A stretch of 64,000 nt of DNA. It comes from Eukaryota sp. GEM-RC1 (Eukaryota). The notes beneath the pieces are model-generated. The model saw only the letters and a program-made list of their open reading frames with translations, had not been told where the DNA came from and did not search any database. The DNA is taken from assembly GCA_040285855.1 (NCBI GenBank), contig JAUFOQ010000002.1:2728001-2792000 (forward strand). Reading direction: 5' to 3'. Below, piece after piece: positions 1-13,700 of the stretch. Made by a program: the position numbers and the translations under genes. Every line of letters begins with the position of its first letter. The stretch's first letter is position 1.

Positions 1-479
1 AAAGGATACTTCAATGTAGATCCAAGTCAACAACTATCCCATCTGAGCATGTATGCCTATCATTGATAGAAGAACTCAATCATTCTTCAAGAATTCACTC
101 ACAGTCACACTCTGAGGAATTCTCAAGATTATTGATCAACATTTGTGTTGTTTGAATTGATGTTATGTCTTGAAACTGTGTCATTCGTTAATGAACCATC
201 AAGCAAGTCCCTTGTAGCAGGCTTATAAACAGATAATGTTTCTTTTGCACTTTATTCTGGAGATAGCAGGAGCTTTTCAGTGTTTTGTTATAAATAACTG
301 TCTATATCTGATGTTTCACCTGTACAAGGAAGATGTAAGTCCCTCCATTTCGTTAGACGGCATTAAGAGTTGAGTTTGTCTACTATGTGAACCCCATGAA
401 CGATTTAGTTGGAGTTGTACTCACTTTATTTTTGCGTTCTGGTAAGACTATAAGCCCTATACGCTTTCACCCTCACTTC

Positions 480-1446
480 CAAAAGATCAGAGTGGAAACC
501 AATACCTCTTGGTGTTTGTAGTTTCTTTCACCAGATACACCATTCTGTGCCCCTTCGAAGAAATATCAATAGTAAAGAAATAGCATATTGTCTTGTGTGA
601 GATGTGATTGTTAGTTTCGGAATACTGTTGTGTATCCATAGTGATAATGGTACTCAGTTTGCCAATGCTATTTTCGAGGCAGTTTGTAACCTACTGGCGA
701 TTGAAGAAAGTCGTTCGATTCCTCATTTCTCCCAGAGTAATGGGCTGGTGGAACGACGTCACAGAGACGTTCTGCAAAGCCTACGTCGTCTCCTTGTGGA
801 CTTCAATGTTTGAGACAATTGGTCAACGTACATTCCAACTGTATAGTTGCAAATCAACGCTAGGCATACTCCCTACGAACTGATGTTTGGTAGCGACTTA
901 AGTCCTGGTGCAGATCCTAGTAGTTTACTAGATGCTGTTGAGAAATCAACAAAGAATGTTCCGTATATTGACGACATTAAAATGAAACTAGAACGACTAA
1001 CGAAAATGAGAGAAGAGGCAGAGGTTCGACAGACGTCAATCAAGCCCAAGAAGAAATCTGAATCTAGTCAATCATTTAAGATTGGTGATTTTGTGTTAAA
1101 GATCGCCAAAACTAGTAAGCTCCATGGTAATTACTTTGGACCTTTTCTAGCTGTATCAGTTGATTCGAAATCTTCTGTGTCACTAAAGAATCTGATCACT
1201 GGATATGTTAGTAAGACTAGCATTCATCAATGTAAGATCTTTCAATCAGATCTACCTGCTGATCATGATCTCCACAGAGTAGTTGCTTCTGGGGATTCTG
1301 TAGAACACATCGTGATTAAGATCCTAGACATGTTCGATACATTCGATGTTCAACATTGTACTGTCCTTTGGTTTGGTGGTGATACTTCATCAGTTCCCAT
1401 CAAAGACATCAAACACACCAAGGTGTATAGTGAATTTGTAATTTAG
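480..1446 (+). pseudogene. Degraded Ty3/Gypsy-type integrase (rve core and C-terminal extension)
   Basis: IHSDNGTQF and SQSNGLVERRH integrase motifs (604-813); GDFVLK..KLHGNYFGPF GPY/F-type motif (847-1446); stops and frameshifts; 5' boundary approximate. Confidence 0.85.
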
Positions 1447-1607
1447 AAAATGTAGATTTATTTCATAGTAATATTAGAATCGTGACTAGTAACAAGAAGC
1501 CTAAGCTTAAACGTACCTCAAGTAGTAAGAGTAGTCCTAAGTCACCCTCCAACGTTAAGACACCTGTGGCTAAGAGAACAAGGAGCTCGAAAGAAGAGAA
1601 GAGGTAA

Positions 1608-1707
1608 TGTTAGCCAAGGGTATTAGTATAGTTACGTAGTCATTATAATTCATTTATAAATATCTTTCCCTTTCCCTTTGTACTGAAGGTATCAAGTGTG
1701 TTCAACA
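1608..1707 (+). repeat. Putative 100-bp 3' LTR (TGTT...AACA) preceded by a polypurine tract
   Basis: Purine run gaaagaagagaagagg at 1589-1604, then TGTT at 1608 and AACA ending at 1707, directly downstream of the integrase; the partner LTR is not in the window. Confidence 0.65.
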
Positions 1708-1746
1708 AATGATTCAATTTTGACGGACTTACACATAACGTGAATT

Positions 1747-2578
1747 TAGTGTTACACCAATTTCAGCCCCAGCCCCCAGCCCAGCCCAGCCGCCCAGCCT
1801 CGCGGGCTGCAGTACAATTGGACTGGGCTGCAGAGAGTTTGTGGCTTCAGCCCATTTACAACTCTCGTTTTTTATTGCAACATTTATCAGAAGTAGATAT
1901 ATGTATCAATTTTGTAAGTATCGTTATGTCATTGACCAACAGTCATTACAATAGTTAAAAGATACTATTGTGTAGAAACTACTAATTACAAGAATCAATT
2001 TGTTTGTTGTGATGTACCTTAGTGTAAATTGCATGAACTCTAATTCATATTCTTTCACTGAAAGAAAATTCAGTAATTTCAGTAAAATACCAATCTTGAT
2101 TTCTTTGTAATACCCTCTCGCCAAGACATCTTAACAATAGTAGATGACACACCACCTCCTGCTTCTGTTACTTCGCCAAAGTCGAAATAAGCTCTCCACT
2201 GAGTCTTTGAGAGCTTTATTGAGCTTGAGATTTTGGATGAAAGTGGAGTTTGAACAAGTTTTACAAGAAATGAGGTCTTTAAAAATAGAACTTGATGATG
2301 ATGAAGAAAGTGAAGTAGATTAATTTAGTTTATATATTTAAATGAATTTATAGTTGATATTGCAACCAGACATTATGAATAAATTGATTATTCTGATAGC
2401 AAATGTAAAGAACTTAATAACCATACACTAAAAAGTTAGACACTACTATATCAATGTTTACTTGTTTGGGCTGGGGGATGGGCTGAGCTGGGCTGATGAA
2501 ATTATGGGCTGGGCTGAGCTGGCTAGTGATTTGATTGGGCGGACTGAAAGAAAAAGGGCTGAGCCCAGGTGAACACTA
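1747..2578. mobile_element. Non-autonomous hAT element
   Basis: TIRs tagtgttacacc / ggtgaacacta; exact 8-bp TSD cgtgaatt at 1739-1746 and 2579-2586; subterminal cagccc/gggctg arrays at both ends. Confidence 0.9.
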
Positions 2579-3181
2579 CGTGAATTTGTTCTCTTACTGC
2601 AACATGTATACGAGTTCGATAAGTTATGTAGTTGATCTGTGTTTAACTTAGTGTTTTTGTTCCATAATTGATTAAGACGAGAAAAAAAGTTATGTAGCGG
2701 TTACCACTTAACAAATAAGAAAAGGTCAATAGTTGTTTTCCACAGCTACAATGAAGGGTCGTTTGGCAAATTGTATGGCCATAAAAGCAATGAAGCCTCG
2801 TCATGGTAACATCTCTAAATTGCAAATTAATTTGTACAACCTTACAAACTATGTGCAGAATACATACTGCGACTTTTAATGCGGCTGTTATCTTCATTAT
2901 ATGATTTTTTATTATGGAAAAATATTGTATTACAAGAATTATCACACGATCCGTCCGGGTCAGCGAATTAACCACACCGTCTGTTTAACAGTTTATTGAT
3001 GGAGGGTACAAAACCCTCCACCATGTATTCTAAAATCAACACAACCAAAAAAAGTCGACCAAATTGGACAAATGAATAGTAGATCTACTTGTACATAAAA
3101 ATAATATCCATACAAAAACAAATCAGACTGTATTAACACCAAAATAACTTAACATCAAACAAAAACATAACATCAATTACT

Positions 3182-5042
3182 TCAACTCTTATCTGCAAAT
3201 CCAATTAACTGCCCCTTAGTTAATTTACGATACTCTTCAGAAGTCTCCAACAATTCGTCATGAGTACCTTCAGCAATTAATCCCCTGTTAATTACGGCAA
3301 TCTTATCGGCATTTCTGACAGTGGAAAGTCTATGAGCAATAACAATCATAGTACAAGACAAAGAAGACATCATTTCATCCAAGACTTCCTGAACCATTCT
3401 TTCAGACTCAGAATCTAAGGCAGAAGTTGGTCTAGAGTAAGAAAAAACATGAAACAAACTCATCTAATAGTAAAATCTTGGGGTCACGAATAAGAGCACG
3501 TGCAATAGAGATACGCTGCAACTGGCCACCTGAAAGTTCAGTTCCCTCATTGAGAGTGGTGTCAAAACCATTGGGCATATCCATAACGAAGTCGTAAGCA
3601 TTGGCCTTCTTACTAGCGTCTAAAACCTTAGCTTCAAGTTCCTCATCAGAATACTTCAAACCAGTACCAAACAGTCCAAATAGGATATTCTCCTTAATTG
3701 TACCAGAGAATAGCTTTGGTTGTTGTTCGACAAGAGCAACTTGCCTTCTAAACGCAGTAAGATTGAACTCTGATAAAGAAGTCCCATCTATAACGACATC
3801 ACCTTTTTCTGCTAAATAAAATCTTTGCAAAAGGTTGATGATGGTAGATTTTCCTCCCCCAGACGTTCCAACAAGAGCAACAGTGGTATGTGGTTCAACT
3901 TCAAGAGAGAAGTTATCTAAAACACCAACATCAGGCCGAGAAGGATAACGGAAAGTCACGTTATCCAATCTAATGTGACCCTTCAAATCTTTATTCAAGC
4001 CACTTTCATTCAAATCATCTTCGGGTTGCTTTATGAAGTCATAAATCGATGCGGCTGCACCTTTAGCCTTGTTAATGGGTGCGAAAAACCCTGCAGCGGT
4101 ACCCAGACCCATGATTCCCATCATAACTAAAAACATACAAGAAAGAACAACACCAGGGGAAACAGTTCCCGCAGCCACAAACAAACCAGAAATGTAAAGG
4201 GCAATGCCGTAAGTAACAAGCATCATTCCCATCATTGAGGCGATAGTCAAGGCCACTAACTTACTCTTCTTGATAGATAGCTTCAGTGGAAGAGCTGCAG
4301 ACTCAGCGTATTTTTCCAACATTGTCTGTTCATTGGAATAACTTTTTACAATGGTGATAGAAGCAAGGGATTGTTGAACAGGGACAAAGGATTTAGCCTT
4401 GACAGTGCTCAATTCCTTTGAATTGGCTTCTTGAAATTTACCTTCTATTAATCCAACAAAGATCAAAAAAGGAGTTAGAGCCAAAAGGGTTAGAGTAACT
4501 CGCCAAGACTCAATAAATGCCAGCACAATGCCCACAATAAATTGACCAAAAGAAAATGCAATCTTTGAAGGTTTATCGCCTAATCCTTTGTGAATAGTGG
4601 AAACGTCATCACCCAATCGATTGACAATCTCTGAAGGGGAGTGCTTATCGAAGAAAGCAATGGGTTTACGGATCATTGAGTTGAAGAAGCGAATGCGGAT
4701 ACTGTAAAGACAATGTTCAGCTAAGCGGCCAATAAGTAGCATACCCGGAAAGTTCAACGAAAAGAACACAACAGCAACGATGACGATCTGGAATACCTTG
4801 TTCCGAACAGTGTTGAGGACCTGGTCTGGTGGGAGATGCAGTATATCGAAAATGTCACCAAATACTTTAAAGAAGACGGGAAGCGCACCACCGGAGACGA
4901 AGCACATTAGAAAGCCAAAATAGAGTAACTTTTTGAAAGGGGGGTAGTTTGAGTAGACATCAAATAACGAAACTGAATCGAGCTTCTTCGGATCCGTGGC
5001 GTTGTCAGAAGAATCAATTGTGAGATTGACTTCAGAGGGCAT
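3182..5042 (-). CDS. ABCB-type half transporter (TMD-NBD), one 28-nt intron at 3432-3459
   Basis: Walker [15 protein letters not shown] signature; splicing GT..AG at 3459-3432 restores LLDE-PTSALD and joins the IAHRLST exon. Confidence 0.93.
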
Positions 5043-5071
5043 TGAGAAATGATTTGTTGCAGCCTTCTTTC

Positions 5072-6920
5072 ATGGAATCGTCCGAATCATCATCTGCAGC
5101 CGCTTCGTCAAACACTGAAGTCAAACCACCAAGTCTTTTAGAATTATATCGTTATTGTGAATCCTACAAGAAGTATCTGGCTTTTGGTGTTATTTTCTCC
5201 ATATTATCCGGAGCTTGCTTTCCGGCATTTGCGGAACTCCTTGGTGATATTTTTGGTATCTTTATGCTTCCTGAGGATGAACTCCGACCAGAGTTGCTCA
5301 AGTCATCGGCGACACTCTCCGCCTTTGGTGTTCTCTTTTTCGTCTCTGTTTATGTGGGATCTGTGTGCTTCTGTAAAATGGCAGAATTAGCTGTCCAAAA
5401 TCTTCGCATGTACTTCTTCTCATCAATGATGAAGAAACCAGTCGCCTTCTTTGATACTCACAACGTTGCTGATATAGTGGCTAAGATGTCTGAACATTCA
5501 TCCACAATTACTGATGGCTATGGTGATAAACCGGGCACAGCTGTCACTTTCTTTTTCCAGTTTGTGTTTTCCGCTTACGTTGCCATTTCTAATTCATGGC
5601 GCGTGTCTTTAGCAATGCTTGTAATAGCACCAATTCAAATCACTGCAGAATTTCTTGGGAACAAACTCATGTACCAGGCATCGGTGCAGGGAAATAAGGA
5701 TACTCAGGAATCGTCAGCATATGCGCAACAAGTACTGGATTCGTTATCTACTGTCAAAGCATTCTCTCTTGAGTCCGACTCCAGTAAACGTTTTTCCATC
5801 CTTGCAAAGAATCCTTTTAAATCCGGGTTAAAGCGTTCTCGGACTGAGGGTTTGATGCATGCTCTTGTCTATGGGCTCGTACTATTATCGTATGCTTCAT
5901 CTTTGTACATCTCCGGTTACTTCGTATCTAAGGAAATCGTGTCTCCTGCTGAAGTACTGTCTGTCTTCTTTGCAGTAGTTTTTGGTATGATGGGTATTGC
6001 AATGACAGGAGCACAAATGCCTGATATTATGAAGGCTAAAGCTGCGGCAAAGGAATTGATCGAGCTGATTGATGAACCAAACGATGAGTTGAATGAAAGT
6101 GGCTTGAATAAAGATTTGAAGGGTCACATTAGATTGGATAACGTGACTTTCCGTTATCCTTCTCGGCCTGATGTTGTTGTTTTAGATAACTTCTCTCTTG
6201 AAGTTGAACCACATACCACTGTTGCTCTTGTTGGAACGTCTGGGGGAGGAAAGTCTACCATCATCAACCTTTTGCAGCGATTTTGTTTAGCAGAAAAAGG
6301 TGATGTCGTTATAGATGGAACTTCTTTATCAGAGTTTAATCTTACTGCGTTTAGAAGACAAGTTGCTCTTGTTGAACAACAACCAAAGCTATTTTCTGGT
6401 ACAATTAAGGAGAATATCCTATTTGGACTGTTTGGTACTGGTTTGAAGTATTCTGACGAGGAGCTTGAAGCTAAAGTAATAGATGCCAGTAAAAAGGCCA
6501 ATGCTTACAACTTCATTATGGATATGCCCAATGGTTTTGACACCACTCTCAATGAGGGAACTGAACTTTCAGGCGGTCAGTTGCAGCGTATCTCTATTGC
6601 CCGTGCTCTTATTCGTGACCCCAAGATTTTACTATTAGATGAGTTTGTTTCATTTTTTTTCTTACTCTAGACCAACTTCTGCCTTAGATTCTGAGTCTGA
6701 AAGAATGGTTCAGGAAGTATTGGATGAAATGATGTCTTCTTTGTCTTGTACTATGATTGTTATTGCTCATAGACTTTCCACTGTCAGAAATGCAGATAAG
6801 ATTGCTGTAATTAACAGGGGATTAATAGCTGAGGGTACTCATGAGGAATTGTTGGAGACTTCTGAAGATTATCGTAAATTAACTAAGGGACAGTTAATTG
6901 GATTTGCAGATAAGAGTTGA
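5072..6920 (+). CDS. ABCB-type half transporter (TMD-NBD), one 28-nt intron at 6643-6670
   Basis: Same NBD motifs; first in-frame ATG at 5072; intron gtttgt...ctctag restores the Walker B/D-loop. Confidence 0.93.
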
Positions 6921-7654
6921 AGTAATTGATGTTATGTTTTGTTAAGTTATTTTGGTGTTAATACAGTTTGATTGGTTTTTGATCTGTTTTTTATGGTTGG
7001 TCTGGTATTATCTCACAAAACCGTAGACCAGGAGGCATTGGGGCAATTTATGGGCTTCCAAATAAAGACACCAATCTCTCTCCACGAAGGATTCGTAAAT
7101 CACTGCATACAATTTTTTGTAGTTGTTTCATTCCTATTCATTTCGTGCAATTCAATTTTTGAAAGTCCACTAAAACTGCACTTAAATTCCAAATTTTAGG
7201 CCCCCACATTTTGCACGCCAGTATTTATTACAATCAATTAATTGGCAATCAAATATTGATAATTGTAAGATATGTACATACATATTACAAAAATATATTC
7301 TAGATTCGTTACCCAATAAGGTAAACCTTCCTACAGAAGTGTTGATTTGTAAATAAAAGCAAGACTGAATCCTAATGACTTCATCCCGGTCAAAGAGTAC
7401 ATATTTCAACATTGACCTTCACAACAAACTGGTACAGTTTCTCAGTTAAGCAAGAGAAATAGAAACACATATTCCCATAAATGGAAAGCATAGTACGGTT
7501 TTTCCATTCAAAAGGTTCAAAACAATCGATATTGCTTCCATTTGTTGCAATACATTGGTTCATTACAACCATGCAACAACATCTACCCAAGTGACTGAAG
7601 TTTAGATAAAATTTCATGAAATATTTAATAATGGTAAATCAACACAGAAAAAAA

Positions 7655-8573
7655 CAGTGTTGTCAAATGCGCACTTTTTCCAGAAATGAAATGCGCCAAA
7701 ATGCGCCAAATGCGCGCATTTCTGCGCATTTTGACGCATTTTGATTTCGAACTTGAGACACCCCATAAATAAATTTCTTTTTCGTCATACTGATAGATGT
7801 ACTCGTAATTCTCTATATTCCATATCCGTTTCGAGATGTATCAAAATCCCACATCATTTGGCATCACGCTACAATTGTATACCAATCTCCTTCCAAAGGT
7901 TCTGTTGTTTCCAGAAGCTACAGTTCATTGTCATCATTGTGTCCACCAGTCCGTCACTGGAACTAATCGATTGAAACAACACTTTGAACCGGGGACGACG
8001 TAGTGTTTTCTTGTTCATAACTCGTTGCAAGTCTTTAAGCTGAGTTGAGAGCGAAAACGCACATCCTCTTCTCATTGACCAATCTCATTAAACAACTGTT
8101 ACCGTTGATCACATACTCTATACAGACAATGTGTTTCAACTTTAAGGACAAACAGTGGACGTGGGTGTCTAAATAAGTGGTCTTTACACCATAGTTTATT
8201 CAGTATTTTATACGATATTAACCGTTTACATTGTTCGTTAGTATGGGTAAAACAGATTTTTGATCAAAAGTTTTGCCGCTAACTTCACAGATTTTAAACC
8301 AATTCATTGTGATATCAAAAGAATGCTCATTGAATTGTATGCAGTACAACTTTGCATTTGTCCAACGAAAGAGGGACTGCATAACACTGTTTTAAGATCA
8401 ACATCACTGTTATTTGGTTATAGAGACTTATACAGAAGCACAACAAAAAAAATCTCAAAGTCAAAATGCGCAAGATCACAAAATCCCAAATGCGTAGTGT
8501 TATCAATTTTCAGAATGCGCCAAATGCGTCAAATGCGCGCATTTGGCGCATTTTGACGCCTTTTGGAAAAAAA
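7655..8573. mobile_element. Degenerate hAT-like element with aaatgcgc subterminal repeats
   Basis: Begins CAGTGTTGTCAAATGCGC at 7655; aaatgcgc/gcgcattt arrays at 7665-7740 and 8464-8560 are inverted relative to each other; right TIR not found. Confidence 0.6.
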
Positions 8574-8633
8574 TATACAAAATGTACAATACAACAAAAA
8601 CTTACTACTACTAGTAGTACCAGACGTTCTCTA

Positions 8634-9062
8634 ATGATCCACCAATCTTCTATCAAACTCAAAAGCAAATCTCGAGGATGTCATCTGATTACTTCAGAGT
8701 TGATGTCAAAGCTCGGAAACACACTTCGAACGTATCGTGCTGGAGTCTGCCATCTTTTTCTTCAACACACTTCTGCCGCTTTAAGTCTCAATGAAAATGC
8801 ATGTTCTGATGTACAGAGAGATTTAGCCCGAGAATTAGACCGGCTGGTGCCTGATCACAACTTTAATCCCCGATTTGAACACTCTTATGAAGGAGATGAT
8901 GATATGAGCGCTCATTGTAAGAGTTCTATTGTTGGCGCAAGTCTTTCGATCCCAATCACTGATGGAAAGTTAGCCCTGGGTACATGGCAAGGTATCTATT
9001 TTATTGAATGCAGAGATCAGGCTTCTACGCGTACTATAATGGTGACTATAATGGGAGAGTAA
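8634..9062 (+). CDS. yjbQ: YjbQ/UPF0047 family protein
   Basis: RGCHLIT, HTSAALSLNEN, EGDDDMSAHCKSS, LGTWQGIYFIE motifs; ATG at 8634 preferred because the upstream ORF part is transposon repeat. Confidence 0.9.
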   Translation: MIHQSSIKLKSKSRGCHLITSELMSKLGNTLRTYRAGVCHLFLQHTSAALSLNENACSDVQRDLARELDRLVPDHNFNPRFEHSYEGDDDMSAHCKSSIVGASLSIPITDGKLALGTWQGIYFIECRDQASTRTIMVTIMGE

Positions 9063-10408
9063 CTCCATCACACTAAAAGTTACGTTTATATTGTGTTGCC
9101 GTTGAATTCCGTTGCTCAACTCATTTTTAACAGTTTCTCCAGCAATGGTTGTATCTGTAGCCAAAATTTGTTTTGGGAAGGTTTTTACTAAACGACTGGA
9201 GCTCTTTGATTGTCGATGCTGTTATTGCCCATTAGTTACCAAGTGTTTTCTGAGTGCAATGCGTAAAGTTAAATAAATACGTACATTGTAATATATTCTA
9301 TTGTACAATTCGATTAATTGTTTTTTCGTATACGTTGGTACAATAAAGGCATTGTTATCAATTTTCAGAAACACGCTTTTCGAGAATCTAGACCAATTTT
9401 TGTACGTTTCAGGCATTTTGATTTAATAGAGATTTTTCCTCAACTATTTTCTACTATTCCCCCTTTGCTTCAGCTGATTTAGTTTGCATAAACAATTACT
9501 GATTAATTTATCAATTAATCGCCAATTCGAGTATGAGTACTGCTGGATATTAGACTACAGTCTCTGAGGCTCTTAGTAATGTGACAATGAAACAGTTTGG
9601 ACAACAAGAGAGTCCAACATGAGTTTATTGAAGAGGTTAGGTTCCTCATCTATGGAGGGTCTGCTAGTAAATAGAAATTTAAGTCAATGTTAATTAGCTT
9701 GTATCAGGATAAGTAGCCAGACAGCTGATAACATATTGTATCTCAGAAAATCTGAATACATGTACAATATTTTGCCATAATTGCAATAGTATATTTCAAA
9801 CCGATAAATATTGCTACAGTTTGTAAGAGCACAATAAATGATGTCTTCCAAAACCTGCTGAAAGTAAATCAGACGCCAGCAAAACAGCAACACACTTTCA
9901 AAAATATAATCCATACATGTACTGACCCAAAAATTGTACACTGTACTTGTCTAAATAGACAGTTGATGATCAAATGCAGAATCATTTCTACAAAAATTGA
10001 GTGAACCATGTAAAGTTGTCATCAGCTATGAATGACTCACTTAGATCAAAGAGAATTAATCGGAAAACCATTGAAGAAACTATATAGGGAAGCTGGAGTC
10101 AATACAACTCGGGTAGACCGGTAAGAGATGAAAGACCATGTGATGGTGATTTCATTTCAGCTACATGTATTACTACTATGGAAACTATAAAAAACAGTTA
10201 ACTGGGAAACCAGTCCACTGTACTCAGCAGAAGACTGAATATTTTGAGTCTGAAGGGAGTAAAGACGAGGACGTCTGTATTTGAAGATAAGCGTGGAGGA
10301 TGTGAAAGTACACGAAAGGGGATGGATGTTCAGATCAGCTTGAAGCATAGAATATATTAGTTGTATAATCAGTTGTTGGTTTAGAATCGATATCTATGGG
10401 GTTAGGAA

Positions 10409-10678
10409 TCATGCGAATGCCCAGTTAACATCCAAAGCCAAATTAGGTCGACACGGAAGAACATTAGATTGATGACAGTTGTTGATCGCTGATAGCGCTT
10501 CCTCATACATCTCGAACTGGATCAGAGCATATGATCCAGACAAAGACACTGCTTTTGAATGATGCAATTTGAGGAAATTGATGGTGCCAAAGTTATCAAA
10601 CAAACTGAGCACTGTATCTTCAGTTATAGTTGATACAAAGTTGGAAACAAATAATACCCATCCATTTGATGAAGACAT
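10409..10678 (-). CDS. RBM8A: Single-RRM protein, Y14/RBM8A-like
   Basis: GWVLFVSN...FGTI..LKL...YALIQFEMYEEALSAI...VNWAF matches the Y14 RRM pattern. Confidence 0.7.
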   Translation of the reverse strand: MSSSNGWVLFVSNFVSTITEDTVLSLFDNFGTINFLKLHHSKAVSLSGSYALIQFEMYEEALSAINNCHQSNVLPCRPNLALDVNWAFA

Positions 10679-10732
10679 TTTTTTGGAGGGTGAAAAATAA
10701 TCTTCAGTCGTGAGGACATTAACTTTCCTTGA

Positions 10733-13700
10733 ATGTCACGATTGTTAGTTCTTTTTACTCTGTTAGCGCTCGCTCTGGCGTGTGGCTGTCAGTCTACGTA
10801 TGTCGCAGAAGTGTTTTCATTGTAGTCCCGAACAGTTAAATGATGATAATGGTGTTGGTTGTTCAGTTTGTCTTTGGATCGGCTCTCAGGTTGAGGACCG
10901 CCTCAGTGATGAGACCACAAAGGAGATGATCATTCATCTCGTCGAAGGCGCCTGTGTTTACGCTCCCTCCTCAATTAAATCACTTTGTGAGGATACGGTT
11001 GAGAAGTACGGACCTCAGATTATCGATCACTTCGTTGAAAGATTCTCCGCGGAGGAAATCTGCCAGGTTCTTCGCATTTGCCCAACTGATTCTGAAGTCT
11101 TATTGGAATCTTCCGCCCCCGTTGACACTGATGTACTCTGCCCTGTCTGCGAGAACGTTATTGGATGGGTCTATTCTCAACTTACTTCTGAGACCACCGA
11201 AGCTGAAATCATTGAGTTACTTCAGACAGCTTGTTATTTTGCTCCTTCTGATTACGTTGAACTCTGCCGTGTCGTAGTAGCCCAAAAAACTCCTGAAATC
11301 ATTGATCTCATTGTGAACAGATGGTCTCCCTCTGTTGTTTGCCAAGCCATGAAGCTCTGTCCCACCGATCTCACTGACAACAACACTGGATGCAGCATCT
11401 GTGTTTTCATCATTGGAGCTCTTGAAGCCAAAATCGACGACCAATCTACCCGCGAGCAAATCCACAAGGCCCTTCTCGAAATCTGCAAGCCCGTCCCTAG
11501 CTTCATGAGATCATTGTGTCAAGACATTATTGATCAATACAGTGACAAAATTGTTGACCTCCTCTTGGAAAAATACTCTGCCCACAAAATCTGTGAAGAA
11601 ATTGGTCTCTGCAAAGATAAGGTTGAAGAATCTAATGACTCTAAATGTCTTGTCTGTACCTTCGTTGTTGGATGGTTAGAATCTCAAATTGATGACTCCT
11701 GGGGCCGTGAAGAAATCAAACAGGCCGTTTTACAAGCATGTGATCATGTCACTCCTCTCCTTAAGAGTTTCTGCCGTGATTTCATTAGCCACTATACTGA
11801 TCAACTCATTGACTTGTTGTTAGAAAAGTATCCCGCTGATGTCATTTGTCAAAAATGGGATTATGTATGGCACAAGAAGTTGAACAAGATAACTCCGTTG
11901 GATGTCAAGTCTGTATGTGGATTATTCGTGAAGTTGAGTCCAAAATCTCTGATGAAACCACCCGCAAGCAAATCTTTGAACTTGTCGAACAAGTCTGCAA
12001 CATCGTTCCCGCCACCATGAGAGCTCTTTGTTTTGAATATATTGAGCAATATGGTAACATGATCATTGATATGTTGGTTGAACGCTATCCAGCTGAAGTT
12101 GTTTGCCAGGCGATCCGTGCTTGTCCTAAAACTCCTGAAGCCGACAATGGTACTGGATGCAGCATCTGTGTTTTCATCATTGGAGCTCTTGAAGCCAAAA
12201 TCGACGACCAATCTACCCGCGAGCAAATCCACAAGGCCCTTCTCGAAATCTGCAAGCCCGTCCCTAGCTTCATGAGATCATTGTGTCAAGACATTATTGA
12301 TCAATACAGTGACAAAATTGTTGACCTCCTCTTGGAAAAATACTCTGCCCACAAAATCTGTGAAGAAATTGGTCTCTGCAAAGATAAGGTTGAAGAATCT
12401 AATGACTCTAAATGTCTTGTCTGTACCTTCGTTGTTGGATGGTTAGAATCTCAAATTGATGACTCCTGGGGCCGTGAAGAAATCAAACAGGCCGTTTTAC
12501 AAGCATGTGATCATGTCACTCCTCTCCTTAAGAGTTTCTGCCGTGATTTCATTAGCCACTATACTGATCAACTCATTGACTTGTTGTTAGAAAAGTATCC
12601 CGCTGATGTCATTTGTCAAAAATGGGATTATGTATGGCACAAGAAGTTGAACAAGATAACTCCGTTGGATGTCAAGTCTGTATGTGGATTATTCGTGAAG
12701 TTGAGTCCAAAATCTCTGATGAAACCACCCGCAAGCAAATCTTTGAACTTGTCGAACAAGTCTGCAACATCGTTCCCGCCACCATGAGAGCTCTTTGTTT
12801 TGAATATATTGAGCAATATGGTAACATGATCATTGATATGTTGGTTGAACGCTATCCAGCTGAAGTTGTTTGCCAGGCGATCCGTGCTTGTCCTAAAACT
12901 CCTGAAGCCGACAATGGTACTGGATGCAGCATCTGTGTTTTCATCATTGGAGCTCTTGAAGCCAAAATCGACGACCAATCTACCCGCGAGCAAATCCACA
13001 AGGCCCTTCTCGAAATCTGCAAGCCCGTCCCTAGCTTCATGAGATCATTGTGCCAAGACATTATTGATCAATACAGTGACAAAATTGTTGACCTCCTCTT
13101 GGAAAAATACTCTGCCCACAAAATCTGTGAAGAAATTGGTCTCTGCAAAGATAAGGTTGAAGAATCTAATGACTCTAAATGTCTTGTCTGTACCTTCGTT
13201 GTTGGCTGGTTAGAATCTCAAATTGATGACTCCTGGGGCCGTGAAGAAATCAAACAGGCCGTTTTACAAGCATGTGATCATGTCACTCCTCTCCTCAAGA
13301 GCTTCTGCCGTGATTTCATTAGCCACTATACTGATCAACTCATTGACTTGTTGTTAGAAAAGTATCCCGCTGATGTCATTTGTCAAAAAATGGGATTATG
13401 TATGGCACAAGAATCTAATGACTCCCGATGTACTGTATGTACCTTCGTTGTTGGATGGGTCGAGTCTCAAATTGATGACGGCTCAACTCGTGATGAAATC
13501 AAACAAGTCGTAATGAAGGCATGTAAAAATGTTCCTAAGTTACTTAAGAGTTTCTGCAAAGATTTCGTTAACCACTATGCCGATGAACTCATTGACTTAT
13601 TATTGGAGAAGTATTCTACTGATGTAATTTGCCAGAAAATGGGTCTATGTATGGCTCAAATGAAACCCGAAACTGATGAAAACAACACTGACTGTGCCGC

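Larger units (their letters stand above)
3113..6980. repeat. ~900-bp inverted repeat arms (~3113-4019 and ~6083-6980) covering both NBDs, introns and 3' UTRs
   Basis: NBD nucleotide sequences nearly identical on opposite strands, while the TMDs are strongly diverged. Confidence 0.92.

Noticed and set aside
8466..8633. N-terminal extension of YjbQ in the ORF track
   Set aside because: It translates transposon subterminal repeats; ATG 8634 fits the family length
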